A stretch of 64,000 nucleotides of DNA from Ruminococcus flavefaciens (GTDB lineage Bacteria > Bacillota > Clostridia > Oscillospirales > Ruminococcaceae): positions 9,588 through 73,587 of the forward strand of contig CACWHY010000007.1 of NCBI GenBank assembly GCA_902760805.1, read 5' to 3'. Positions 41,359 through 49,554 of the stretch are shown piece by piece. A model generated the notes under the pieces. It saw only the letters and a list, made by a program, of their open reading frames with translations. It ran no database searches and had not been told where the DNA came from. How positions within the stretch are numbered: position 1 is the stretch's first letter; each line of letters opens with the position of its first letter. Made by a program: the position numbers and the translations under genes.

Positions 41359-42813
41359 ATGAAAAATATCCTCTTCGCTGCTTCGGAATGTGTTCCCTTT
41401 ATAAAGACAGGCGGTCTGGCTGACGTTGTGGGCGCTCTGCCGCAGTATATCAATAAGGACGAGTTCGACGTCCGTGTGATCTTGCCCTATTACACCTGTA
41501 TCCCCGCTAAATTCAGGGACAATTTCAAGTATGTTACTCACTTCTATATGGACTACGGCTACCGCCCCGACGGCGTTCACGTTGGCATCATGGAGTATGA
41601 GTACAACGGCATCAAATTCTATTTTGTTGACAACGAGTTCTACTATAAGTGTGACTACCCATATACCTCTGACCTGAAATGGGACATCGAGCGCTTTACA
41701 TTCTTCTGTAAGGCTGTTCTGGCGATTTTGCCTGTTATCGGCTTCCGTCCCGACATTATCCATTGCCACGACTGGCAGTCGGCTCTGATCCCGGTGTTCA
41801 TGCACTCTACCTTCGCCACAAATCCCTTCTACAGCTCCACAAAGACGATCATGACGATCCACAACCTGAAATTCCAGGGCGTGTGGGACATCGACACCTT
41901 CAAGTACAACACAGCTCTGCCCGATTATATGTTCACTCCCGATAAGCTGGAGTTCAACAAGAGCGCTAATATGCTCAAGGGCGGTCTGGTGTACGCTGAC
42001 TATATCACCACAGTTTCCGAGACCTATGCTGAGGAGATCAAGTATCCCTTCTACGGCGAGCAGCTCGACGGCCTGTTGAGGGCAAGATCTGCTTCTCTTC
42101 GTGGTATCCTCAACGGTATCGACTACAAGGTATTCGACCCGTCCAACGACAAGAACATCTTCGCTGAGTATGATTCCAAGAACTGCAAGGCTAAAAAGGC
42201 CGAGAACAAGCGCAAGCTCCAGGAGGAGCTGGGACTTCCCGTTGATGAGGGCAAGTACATGATCGCAATCATCTCCAGACTCACCGACCAGAAGGGTCTT
42301 GACCTGGTGAACTACGCTATCGAGCGCATCGTTGACGAGAACACTCAGTTCGTTATCATCGGCACAGGTGACTCTCGCTATGAGAATATGTTCAAGCACT
42401 ATCAGTGGAAGTACCCGGAGAGGGTCTCAGCAAATATCATGTACTCAGACCAGCTCGCCCACAAGCTCTACGCTGCGGCTGACGCTATGCTCATGCCGTC
42501 ACTGTTCGAGCCCTGCGGCCTGACTCAGCTGATCTCCCTGAGATACGGAACTATCCCGATAGTTCGTGAGACAGGCGGCCTGAAGGACACCGTTATACCC
42601 TACAATGAGTTCGACGGAACAGGCACGGGCTTCTCCTTCGCTAACTACAACGGCGACGAGATGCTGGGCGTTATCAACTACTCCAAGCACATCTACTACA
42701 ACCACCGTGACCAGTGGGACAAGATGGTCCAGCGTGGCATGGAGGCAGATTTCTCTTGGAACAGCTCTGCCCGTCAGTACGAGGGTATGTACAGCTGGAT
42801 GATCAATTGGTAA
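41359..42813 (+). CDS. glgA: glycogen (starch) synthase
   Basis: MKNILFAASECVPFIKTGGLADVVGALP, HCHDWQ and PSLFEPCGLTQL. Confidence 0.9.
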   Translation: MKNILFAASECVPFIKTGGLADVVGALPQYINKDEFDVRVILPYYTCIPAKFRDNFKYVTHFYMDYGYRPDGVHVGIMEYEYNGIKFYFVDNEFYYKCDYPYTSDLKWDIERFTFFCKAVLAILPVIGFRPDIIHCHDWQSALIPVFMHSTFATNPFYSSTKTIMTIHNLKFQGVWDIDTFKYNTALPDYMFTPDKLEFNKSANMLKGGLVYADYITTVSETYAEEIKYPFYGEQLDGLLRARSASLRGILNGIDYKVFDPSNDKNIFAEYDSKNCKAKKAENKRKLQEELGLPVDEGKYMIAIISRLTDQKGLDLVNYAIERIVDENTQFVIIGTGDSRYENMFKHYQWKYPERVSANIMYSDQLAHKLYAAADAMLMPSLFEPCGLTQLISLRYGTIPIVRETGGLKDTVIPYNEFDGTGTGFSFANYNGDEMLGVINYSKHIYYNHRDQWDKMVQRGMEADFSWNSSARQYEGMYSWMINW

Positions 42814-42862
42814 AAACTTTGCAGCGGTGCCATTGCGCCGCTGCTCCTATCTATGGAGGAGC

Positions 42863-43528
42863 ATGGAAAAAACTAAACTTAGGGGAGCCGTTTTCGATAT
42901 GGACGGCCTCCTCATCGACACTGAAAAGCTGTATCTGAAGTATTGGAAGCAGGCTGCGGCTGACTTCGGCTATGATATGCGTGACGAGCACGTTTTCGCA
43001 ATTCGCAGCCTTGCACGAAAGTTCTCCATCCCCAAGCTCAAGGGATTTTTCGGGGAGGAGTTCCCCTCAGAGGAGATCCGGGCCCGGCGAACTGAGCTCA
43101 TAAATGCGGACATCGACCAAAACGGTATCGACCTGAAAAAAGGTATGCCTGAGCTCATCGTCTACCTACAGGAAAGGGGAGTCCGCTGCGCAGTTGCCAC
43201 TGCCACCGCCCGGGATCGAACTGAGCGCTATCTGGGAAAGATCGGCGCCGGAGAGCTATTCGATGCAGTGATCTGCGGCGACATGGTGCATTCCGGCAAG
43301 CCCGACCCTGAGATCTACCTGACAGCAGCAAAGGCTCTTGGGCTGGATCCTCAGGAGTGTGCCGCCTTTGAGGACTCGCCAAACGGCATTCGTGCAGCTC
43401 ATGCTGCCGGCTGTGAGGCCATAATGATACCTGACCTGACCCCGCCTGAGGAGGAGATCATGCCTCTTCTCAGCGCAGTCTACCCCGACCTTTGGGCTGC
43501 TCGGGAATACTTTGAAGGGAGGCTCTGA
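42863..43528 (+). CDS. HAD-IA family hydrolase (beta-phosphoglucomutase-like)
   Basis: Motif I VFDMDGLLIDTE, plus GKPDPEIY and FEDSPNGIRAAHAAG. Confidence 0.8.
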   Translation: MEKTKLRGAVFDMDGLLIDTEKLYLKYWKQAAADFGYDMRDEHVFAIRSLARKFSIPKLKGFFGEEFPSEEIRARRTELINADIDQNGIDLKKGMPELIVYLQERGVRCAVATATARDRTERYLGKIGAGELFDAVICGDMVHSGKPDPEIYLTAAKALGLDPQECAAFEDSPNGIRAAHAAGCEAIMIPDLTPPEEEIMPLLSAVYPDLWAAREYFEGRL

Positions 43529-43529
43529 T

Positions 43530-43787
43530 ATGCCCGGAAAAACCAGCGTTTCCAAGATCTTTGAGATACCCAAGTTCTACTATTTCGACAGCGGCAACGA
43601 CTACTCCGGAAGCCTTGGCGATTTCGCCTACAAGGTCTGCACCGGCGAAAAGCTGGTCTGCAAGACCTGGCACGGCCGTCTTTGCTCCGAAAAAGCAGCG
43701 ATCGAAAACCAGCAGGAGTTCGACCGCACACAGGAGGGCTTCGACGCCATGATCGAATGGCTTGAGTCTGTCTACTCCTCAAAGTGA
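43530..43787 (+). CDS. hypothetical 85-aa protein
   Basis: ATG lies 2 nt after the HAD stop and is preceded by GGGAGG. No recognisable motif. Confidence 0.5.
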   Translation: MPGKTSVSKIFEIPKFYYFDSGNDYSGSLGDFAYKVCTGEKLVCKTWHGRLCSEKAAIENQQEFDRTQEGFDAMIEWLESVYSSK

Positions 43788-43833
43788 GCCTTATAGAGAG
43801 AGCTCCTTGGCGCAAAACCTAACGAATAAGATA

Positions 43834-43870
43834 AAGGATCCCGATACATTTGTACCGGGATCCTTGTTTT
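43834..43870 (+). terminator. intrinsic terminator (possibly bidirectional) between convergent operons
   Basis: 10-bp stem aaggatcccg...cgggatcctt followed by GTTTT. It lies between the glgA-HAD unit and the minus-strand cooS operon. Confidence 0.7.
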
Positions 43871-43922
43871 ATTGTGGTCTGAGGTCTCAGCTTCCGGCTG
43901 TGTATGGGCAGACTTCACCCAC

Positions 43923-44246
43923 TTACGACCGATCTTTTTTGTTTAACAGAGTTTCCTTCAGCAGATCGGACGGATCCTTTATGAGCAGATAGACTATCCA
44001 TACTACCAGAGCCAGTGCGATCACTGCCATTCCAAGAAATGTATCATTGAGCATATCCTTTGCCGAAGGTGTAAAGTATTCTGCACCGACCTCAAGGTAT
44101 TCGACTACACCGTCGACAAGCCACATCAGCGAAGCTCCCCAGAACATATAGAGCAGAACACCGATCTTCAGCTCTCTTGCCTTGGAGCTAGTATACCATT
44201 TCACCGTGGAAACTGCGGCTGCGATCATTGTGATAAGAAGTGTCAT
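43923..44246 (-). CDS. small integral membrane protein, paralog of the upstream gene
   Basis: 107 aa with 3 hydrophobic segments. It shares FWGAS and ML-N-D patterns with the neighbouring gene. Its start overlaps the upstream stop by 4 nt. Confidence 0.5.
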   Translation of the reverse strand: MTLLITMIAAAVSTVKWYTSSKARELKIGVLLYMFWGASLMWLVDGVVEYLEVGAEYFTPSAKDMLNDTFLGMAVIALALVVWIVYLLIKDPSDLLKETLLNKKDRS

Positions 44247-44635
44247 GCTGCTGCACCTGCCTTGCTTTTTTCTGTTTTCTCAGAGCCGATGATCTTATCC
44301 GCAGCGACCGCCAATACGCCCCATACAGCGGTAACGAGTATTGCCATTGCCGAGCCTGATGTGGCCATTTCGTGGAGCATTTTCACAGTCTCTGCCGGGT
44401 CGTTTGCAGCCGTCAGGAAGGGGAAGAATGGTGAGATCTCACCATGCCATAGGTGTTCAAACGCAAGCAGTCCGGAGCCGCCCCACAGCATTCCGTTGAG
44501 CCATTTCAGCTTTTCAGATAGGCGGATCTTATTATCGGTGGATTCATGATCGGAGTTAGCCTCTGATCTTTTTACTGCCTTTTGAATGATAGTTGTAACT
44601 GCCGCTTCTGCTGCCGGTACTATAAAACAAGCCAT
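44243..44635 (-). CDS. small integral membrane protein (unknown family)
   Basis: Start set at MACFIVP, 6 nt after GGAGGAA. 130 aa with hydrophobic segments and an LWGGSGLLAFEHLWHGE motif. Confidence 0.5.
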   Translation of the reverse strand: MACFIVPAAEAAVTTIIQKAVKRSEANSDHESTDNKIRLSEKLKWLNGMLWGGSGLLAFEHLWHGEISPFFPFLTAANDPAETVKMLHEMATSGSAMAILVTAVWGVLAVAADKIIGSEKTEKSKAGAAA

Positions 44636-44651
44636 TTTACATTCCTCCGTT

Positions 44652-46748
44652 TCATTTATCCCAGCCAAGAGCTTTTCTCTTGGCTTTCATATCAGCTACT
44701 ATCTTTTCGCCCAGCTTGACAGGATCTGTGTCAACGTTCATGGAAGATCCCAGGGTCTCAAGAGTGCCGTATTTCAAAAACTCGATAACATTCTTTGAGC
44801 CGTATATCTGTGCTTCAACACAGTGATAGGAGCTTATGCCGTTAAGTCTAAATCCAAGTGCAGCGTCGATGCCCTTTTCATTTCCCCATTCGGGAGAAGA
44901 AAAAGCAAAGGGCAATTCTGACATTTTATGCCCTAAAGCTCCTGCAATACCGGCGAATATCCCTGAGGAGCGTGTGTTGTCGATACATTCGCCAACGTGC
45001 CAAACAGGAGGAAGATCGGGCTTTAGGAACTCTCTTAGGCTGTCTCCGGCCTTTTCATTTCCCGATACCGCACAGTATCCCAATTTCATCAGCGGGAATG
45101 AAGCACAGCCGTTTGAAAGGATAAGAACATTGTTCTTCAGTAAAACATCTGCAACATCAACGATACATTTTTCATAAAGTACCTTCGGATTGTTGCATCC
45201 CACCATATTTACTATACCGAGTATGCGGCCGTCCTTGATCGCATCGGCAAGGGGCTGCATACTTCCGAAGCGCTTGTGGATATACTCCACCGAGAAACCC
45301 ACCTCTGCTTCGACCTCATAGGGCGGTATGTAAACAGGTATGCCCTTTCTAGCCTCAAAGCTCTCTATTGCACGGCGGACGATCTTTTCGGCAAGAGCCT
45401 TTGTCTCGCCGATATTGGAGTGGTGATGATCGTATTCGTAGCGTTCAGCTCCGGGAAGTCTTGCCGATTCGCTGGTCGTTACAACAGTTGTCTTAAAGCA
45501 GCGAGCTACTTCCATGATCGAGGGGAATACGTCCTGAACATCTGCCACCCAAAGATCCAGAGCGCCTGTTCCGAGAACGAGCTCGGCAGAGACAGCATTC
45601 GACAGCGGAACAACTCCTGCATACCTGTACATAGCCGACAGACCCGAACAGCATATGCCATAAAACTTTATTCCCTTAGCTCCCTTTGATTTGGCAAGCT
45701 CGATCAGGTCCTCACGCTTGCCGGCCTCAACGATCTGACTTACAAGAAGCGGCAGATGACCATGAACAGCGATGTTCACATATCCCTTTTCGAGGGCACC
45801 GATATTGACTTTCGATGTAACTCTGTCGCCCACGCCGAAGAGACTGTCCGTAGCAATAGAGGCTCCTACAACTCCCGAAAATGTGAAAGCAAGTCCGCAT
45901 CTTAGGAATTGCTGCATTACCGAACGCCAGTCTCCGTCAGTTGCACAGCCCGACTTATGGTAAGCCTCAAAGACCTCATGATAAGCACTTACAGGCAGTA
46001 TATCAAGATCCTTCCATACCTCCTGCCGTTCGGGCACAGCGCAGGCCGAAATGGTCTTGTATTCACCGGGAACAGTTCTCGAAAGGTCATCAAGCAGGGC
46101 ATCAGCCAGATCTCTTGCAACGTTTTTGAGCTGACGATTTTTCTGCTTTATACCAAAAGCCTCCGCAGTCGCCCTGATCTTCTGTTCGCCCAGTATGGGA
46201 ACATCCAGCTTGCCCTCAGCAGCCCATTTCAGTGCGAGCATGACCTCTCTAGCGTGCATACCGTGCTGTGCTGCACCAGCCGCCGCCGACCGCAGAAGAT
46301 TTCTTGCAACGATCAGATCGGCGTCCGCACCACAGACACCTTTCGGGCTTTTTGCTGTTACACGGCATGGACCCATATTACAGATCTTGCAGCAAATACC
46401 TGCAAGTCCGAAATTACATTGGGGCTTCTGCTTATCAAAACGGTCAAAGGCGGTGTCGATACCGAGCTGCTCCATTCGCAGAAGAAGCTCTCTGACGGCA
46501 GGGTCGGGGGTCTGTTCGATAACATCCTGCTTTGAAGGAAAAGTCTTTCTGTATTCCGAAACGGCATTCATATAGTCCTTGATGAATGCCTGAGGATCAT
46601 CAGCTTCGCTCTCGCCATGGCTTGCCTTCAAAATGACCGTAGGGATACCGTGTTCGTCGAAACCGATCAAATTTCTGTGTGAGTGGATATGCGCAGGGGC
46701 GCTGCTCTCCTCGTGTGAGTGGTGGTGCTTGTGTTCATGTTCGCTCAT
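44652..46748 (-). CDS. cooS: Ni-dependent anaerobic CO dehydrogenase catalytic-subunit homolog with a His-rich N-terminal extension
   Basis: B/D-cluster motif CNFGLAGICCKICNMGPCRV...GVCGADAD. Downstream CODH-like motifs AVHGHLP, GICCSG, VGCNNP, SNGCAS and VGECIDN. The N-terminus is SEHEHKHHHSHEE..HIHSH. The ATG at 46748 has better RBS spacing than the ATG at 46754. Confidence 0.85.
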   Translation of the reverse strand: MSEHEHKHHHSHEESSAPAHIHSHRNLIGFDEHGIPTVILKASHGESEADDPQAFIKDYMNAVSEYRKTFPSKQDVIEQTPDPAVRELLLRMEQLGIDTAFDRFDKQKPQCNFGLAGICCKICNMGPCRVTAKSPKGVCGADADLIVARNLLRSAAAGAAQHGMHAREVMLALKWAAEGKLDVPILGEQKIRATAEAFGIKQKNRQLKNVARDLADALLDDLSRTVPGEYKTISACAVPERQEVWKDLDILPVSAYHEVFEAYHKSGCATDGDWRSVMQQFLRCGLAFTFSGVVGASIATDSLFGVGDRVTSKVNIGALEKGYVNIAVHGHLPLLVSQIVEAGKREDLIELAKSKGAKGIKFYGICCSGLSAMYRYAGVVPLSNAVSAELVLGTGALDLWVADVQDVFPSIMEVARCFKTTVVTTSESARLPGAERYEYDHHHSNIGETKALAEKIVRRAIESFEARKGIPVYIPPYEVEAEVGFSVEYIHKRFGSMQPLADAIKDGRILGIVNMVGCNNPKVLYEKCIVDVADVLLKNNVLILSNGCASFPLMKLGYCAVSGNEKAGDSLREFLKPDLPPVWHVGECIDNTRSSGIFAGIAGALGHKMSELPFAFSSPEWGNEKGIDAALGFRLNGISSYHCVEAQIYGSKNVIEFLKYGTLETLGSSMNVDTDPVKLGEKIVADMKAKRKALGWDK

Positions 46749-46765
46749 GATCATGTCTCCTCAAA

Positions 46766-47536
46766 TCAAATATAATACTCGATAAAGCCTTCTGTTTTCA
46801 TATTGAAAAGTTCAAATATCTTATCACGGACGTATAAAAAGTCATCGCTCGTTCTGTCACGATGAGCTCCCAGCGGTACCTTGACGATACTCTTTATCCT
46901 GCCGGGATCTGCCATCATAACAACTATCCTGTCGGCGAGGAATACCGCCTCCTCAATATCGTGGGTAACGAAAATGATCGTCTTTTTTTCCTCCCTTGAA
47001 ATACGGAGGATATCCTCCTGGAGCTTCATTCTTGTGATAGCGTCCAGTGCTCCGAAGGGCTCATCCATAAAAATAATATCCGGGTCAACTGCAAGACCTC
47101 TTGCTATTGCCACTCTTTGCTGCTGACCGCCTGAAAGCTGCTTGGGGTAACGCTTTTCATAGCCTGAAAGTCCCACAAGCTCCAGATATTTTTTTGAGAT
47201 CTCAGCACGTTTTTCCTTTGGCACCTTCTTTGACTCAAGTCCAAGCTCAACATTTTTCAGAACAGTTCTCCAAGGGAGCAGGCCATAATTCTGGAAGATC
47301 GTTATATTGCTCAGAGAAGGCTCTGTGACTTCTTTTCCGCCGATCCTGACAGTTCCGCTGCTCACTTTCTCAAATCCGGCAAGAGCATTGAGCAGAGTGC
47401 TTTTGCCGCAGCCCGACGGTCCGAGCAGACAAATGAACTCTCCCTTTTCGATGTCAAGGGATACATGATCCAGGGCGGTAAATCTTTTTCCGTCCTGCAC
47501 GAAATCCTTGCAGGCATCTTTTACTTCGATGTACAT
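46766..47536 (-). CDS. ABC transporter ATP-binding protein (NitT/TauT family)
   Basis: Walker A GPSGCGKST, signature [14 protein letters not shown] and Walker B IIFMDEPFGALD. The start ATG overlaps the permease stop (TAATG). Confidence 0.88.
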   Translation of the reverse strand: MYIEVKDACKDFVQDGKRFTALDHVSLDIEKGEFICLLGPSGCGKSTLLNALAGFEKVSSGTVRIGGKEVTEPSLSNITIFQNYGLLPWRTVLKNVELGLESKKVPKEKRAEISKKYLELVGLSGYEKRYPKQLSGGQQQRVAIARGLAVDPDIIFMDEPFGALDAITRMKLQEDILRISREEKKTIIFVTHDIEEAVFLADRIVVMMADPGRIKSIVKVPLGAHRDRTSDDFLYVRDKIFELFNMKTEGFIEYYI

Positions 47537-48306
47537 TACTCCGCACCTCCCCATGATCTGAGGATCGCCTTTTCGATCAGTTTAAGTGCTCCGTCAAGCA
47601 GTATGCCTATGAGACCTATGACAAGGATAGTCGCAAGCAAAATATCTGCACGGATATTATTTCTTGCATCGATTATCTGATAGCCAAGACCTGACTGAGC
47701 ACCTACCATCTCGCCTGCAACAAGGAATATCCATGCTGTTCCCAGGGCAAGATGTATACCGTTTGCTATCTGTGGGAAAGCCGCCGGAAGTATCACCTTC
47801 CATGTCAGTGAGGGCTGCTTTATCCCGAAATTCTTTGATACTTTCAGATATATCGGGTCGATATTCCCCACAGCTGCAACAGTTGACAGCAAAACAGGGA
47901 AAAAAGCTGCAATAAAGATGATAACGATAGCGGGAACATCTCCGATACCGAACAGCAGAACGATGAAGGGCATCCACGCTGTAGGTGAGATCGGCCTTAG
48001 AAGCTGCACCGCAGGATTTATGTACTGAAAGACCTTTGGAAGTCTGCCAAGGATAAGTCCCAGGATCACAGCAACGATCACCGAACTAAAATAGCCTGCG
48101 GCAAATCGGTACATACTTGTTTTTATGTTCTCAAACAGTTTTCCGCTTACTATCATCTCGACTAAAGCATCAAATGCCATTTTGGGAGAGGGGAACAATG
48201 CCTTATCATAGCTGCTGACATAAAACAGCAGCTGCCAGATCAATATCAGTATTGCAACTGAGATCACAACGTTTTTCAGAGAGAGTAGCCTTTTCATTGA
48301 TTTCAC
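47536..48306 (-). CDS. ABC transporter permease (NitT/TauT family, BPD-type)
   Basis: 6-TM permease with the EAA-like loop VSKNFGIKQPSLTWKVILPAAFP. Confidence 0.85.
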   Translation of the reverse strand: MKSMKRLLSLKNVVISVAILILIWQLLFYVSSYDKALFPSPKMAFDALVEMIVSGKLFENIKTSMYRFAAGYFSSVIVAVILGLILGRLPKVFQYINPAVQLLRPISPTAWMPFIVLLFGIGDVPAIVIIFIAAFFPVLLSTVAAVGNIDPIYLKVSKNFGIKQPSLTWKVILPAAFPQIANGIHLALGTAWIFLVAGEMVGAQSGLGYQIIDARNNIRADILLATILVIGLIGILLDGALKLIEKAILRSWGGAE

Positions 48307-48312
48307 GCCCTA

Positions 48313-49236
48313 TCAAAAATCGTTCTTCACAAAATCCTCATAAGCAGGAGGAGCATCCGAAAGTCCATACTCCTTGACCTTTTCAGCAAGTGTGTTGTAG
48401 ATATCCTCTGTTATTTCAAGGTCATTATAGGATATCCATTGCAGAGAAATATCAAGCACTTCATCTGACTGAGAAAGATACTTCTTCGCTACCTCTTTGG
48501 CAGCCTCTTTATCGAGCTTGTTTCCGGCCTCTTTGTAGCCTTCAACGAAAGTCTTTGCATCCTCGTAGTGCTCGTCGATGTACTTGTCGGTAAGCACCAG
48601 TCCGCAGCAAAGAGAATCCTCCCAAAGCTCCTCGGAGCTGAAAAGCACCTTTCCTGCACCAAGAGAAACGCCCATTGCTCCAAAAGGCTCTGCAACGCAG
48701 TATCCGTCTATCTGACCGCTTGCAAGTGCGGAGGGCATCTCTGTAGGAGCGAGCTCTGTGACGTTCACATCGTTTATGGTAAGTCCGGCAGTTGCAAGCG
48801 CATCGTTCAGCAGTATGTTGTGTGATGACTGCCTATGGGGGATAGCAAAGGTCTTGCCCTTAAGATCGGCGGCAGATCCGATATCATTAGAAACGATGAT
48901 AACATTTCCGTCACGGTGTCCAAGAGCAACGGCTTTCAGACCGATACCCTCCTGCTTTGACTTCATGGCAAGCTCGATCAGCACAGAAGCGCCGTCTACT
49001 CTGTTTGAGTTTAGAGCGTCAAGCAATTCAGACCATGAGCCGTATTTTACAAGCTCCACCTTCAGGCCTGAGCTTTTTTCAAGCTCCTCAGCCTCCTCCA
49101 AAACAGCCAGAGAATGAGTGATGGGTAGGTATGCGATCTTGATAGTGTTTGCATCACCGCTGTCAGTTTTTCCGCAGGATACAGCGGATAAAGCAAGTAC
49201 AGCCGAGAGTGCTGATGCAAGTATTCTTTTTTTCAT
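48313..49236 (-). CDS. ABC substrate-binding lipoprotein (NMT1/THI5-like, NitT/TauT family)
   Basis: Lipobox LSAVSC after the signal peptide. Pattern IKIAYLPITHSLAV.. is typical of aliphatic-sulfonate/nitrate-type binding proteins. The alternative start at 49242 has poor RBS spacing. Confidence 0.8.
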   Translation of the reverse strand: MKKRILASALSAVLALSAVSCGKTDSGDANTIKIAYLPITHSLAVLEEAEELEKSSGLKVELVKYGSWSELLDALNSNRVDGASVLIELAMKSKQEGIGLKAVALGHRDGNVIIVSNDIGSAADLKGKTFAIPHRQSSHNILLNDALATAGLTINDVNVTELAPTEMPSALASGQIDGYCVAEPFGAMGVSLGAGKVLFSSEELWEDSLCCGLVLTDKYIDEHYEDAKTFVEGYKEAGNKLDKEAAKEVAKKYLSQSDEVLDISLQWISYNDLEITEDIYNTLAEKVKEYGLSDAPPAYEDFVKNDF

Positions 49237-49332
49237 GTTCATTCATCCTTTCAATAATAAAACTGCTCTCCGAGGCTGATTATTTACAGCCAAGAGGTCT
49301 TTCATATTTTTCCTATAGAATTCATAGGTTTT

Positions 49333-49361
49333 ATTATACAGCATAATTATTATTATGTCAA
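49333..49361 (-). promoter_or_regulatory. promoter of the ABC-cooS operon
   Basis: The minus strand reads TTGACA-17 nt-TATAAT. Confidence 0.55.
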
Positions 49362-49519
49362 GGATATTGATCAGTTTACTAGGTAAATCGTACAGCTAAC
49401 TAAAATCTATCCGGATGCACAGAAAAGTTTTATACATTCTTGATAGCTGAGCATATTTGGCGAACTATTGCTTGGCATCAGCGACCGTAAATACTATCCT
49501 CGGCGCTCTGGAAAAATGC

Positions 49520-49550
49520 AAAAAAAGGTGTGGCCGAAACCACACCTTTT
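49520..49550 (-). terminator. intrinsic terminator after the pseudokinase gene
   Basis: ggtgtgg-ccgaaa-ccacacc flanked by A-run and T-run. On the minus strand it is followed by TTTTTTT. Confidence 0.75.
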
Positions 49551-49554
49551 GCTT

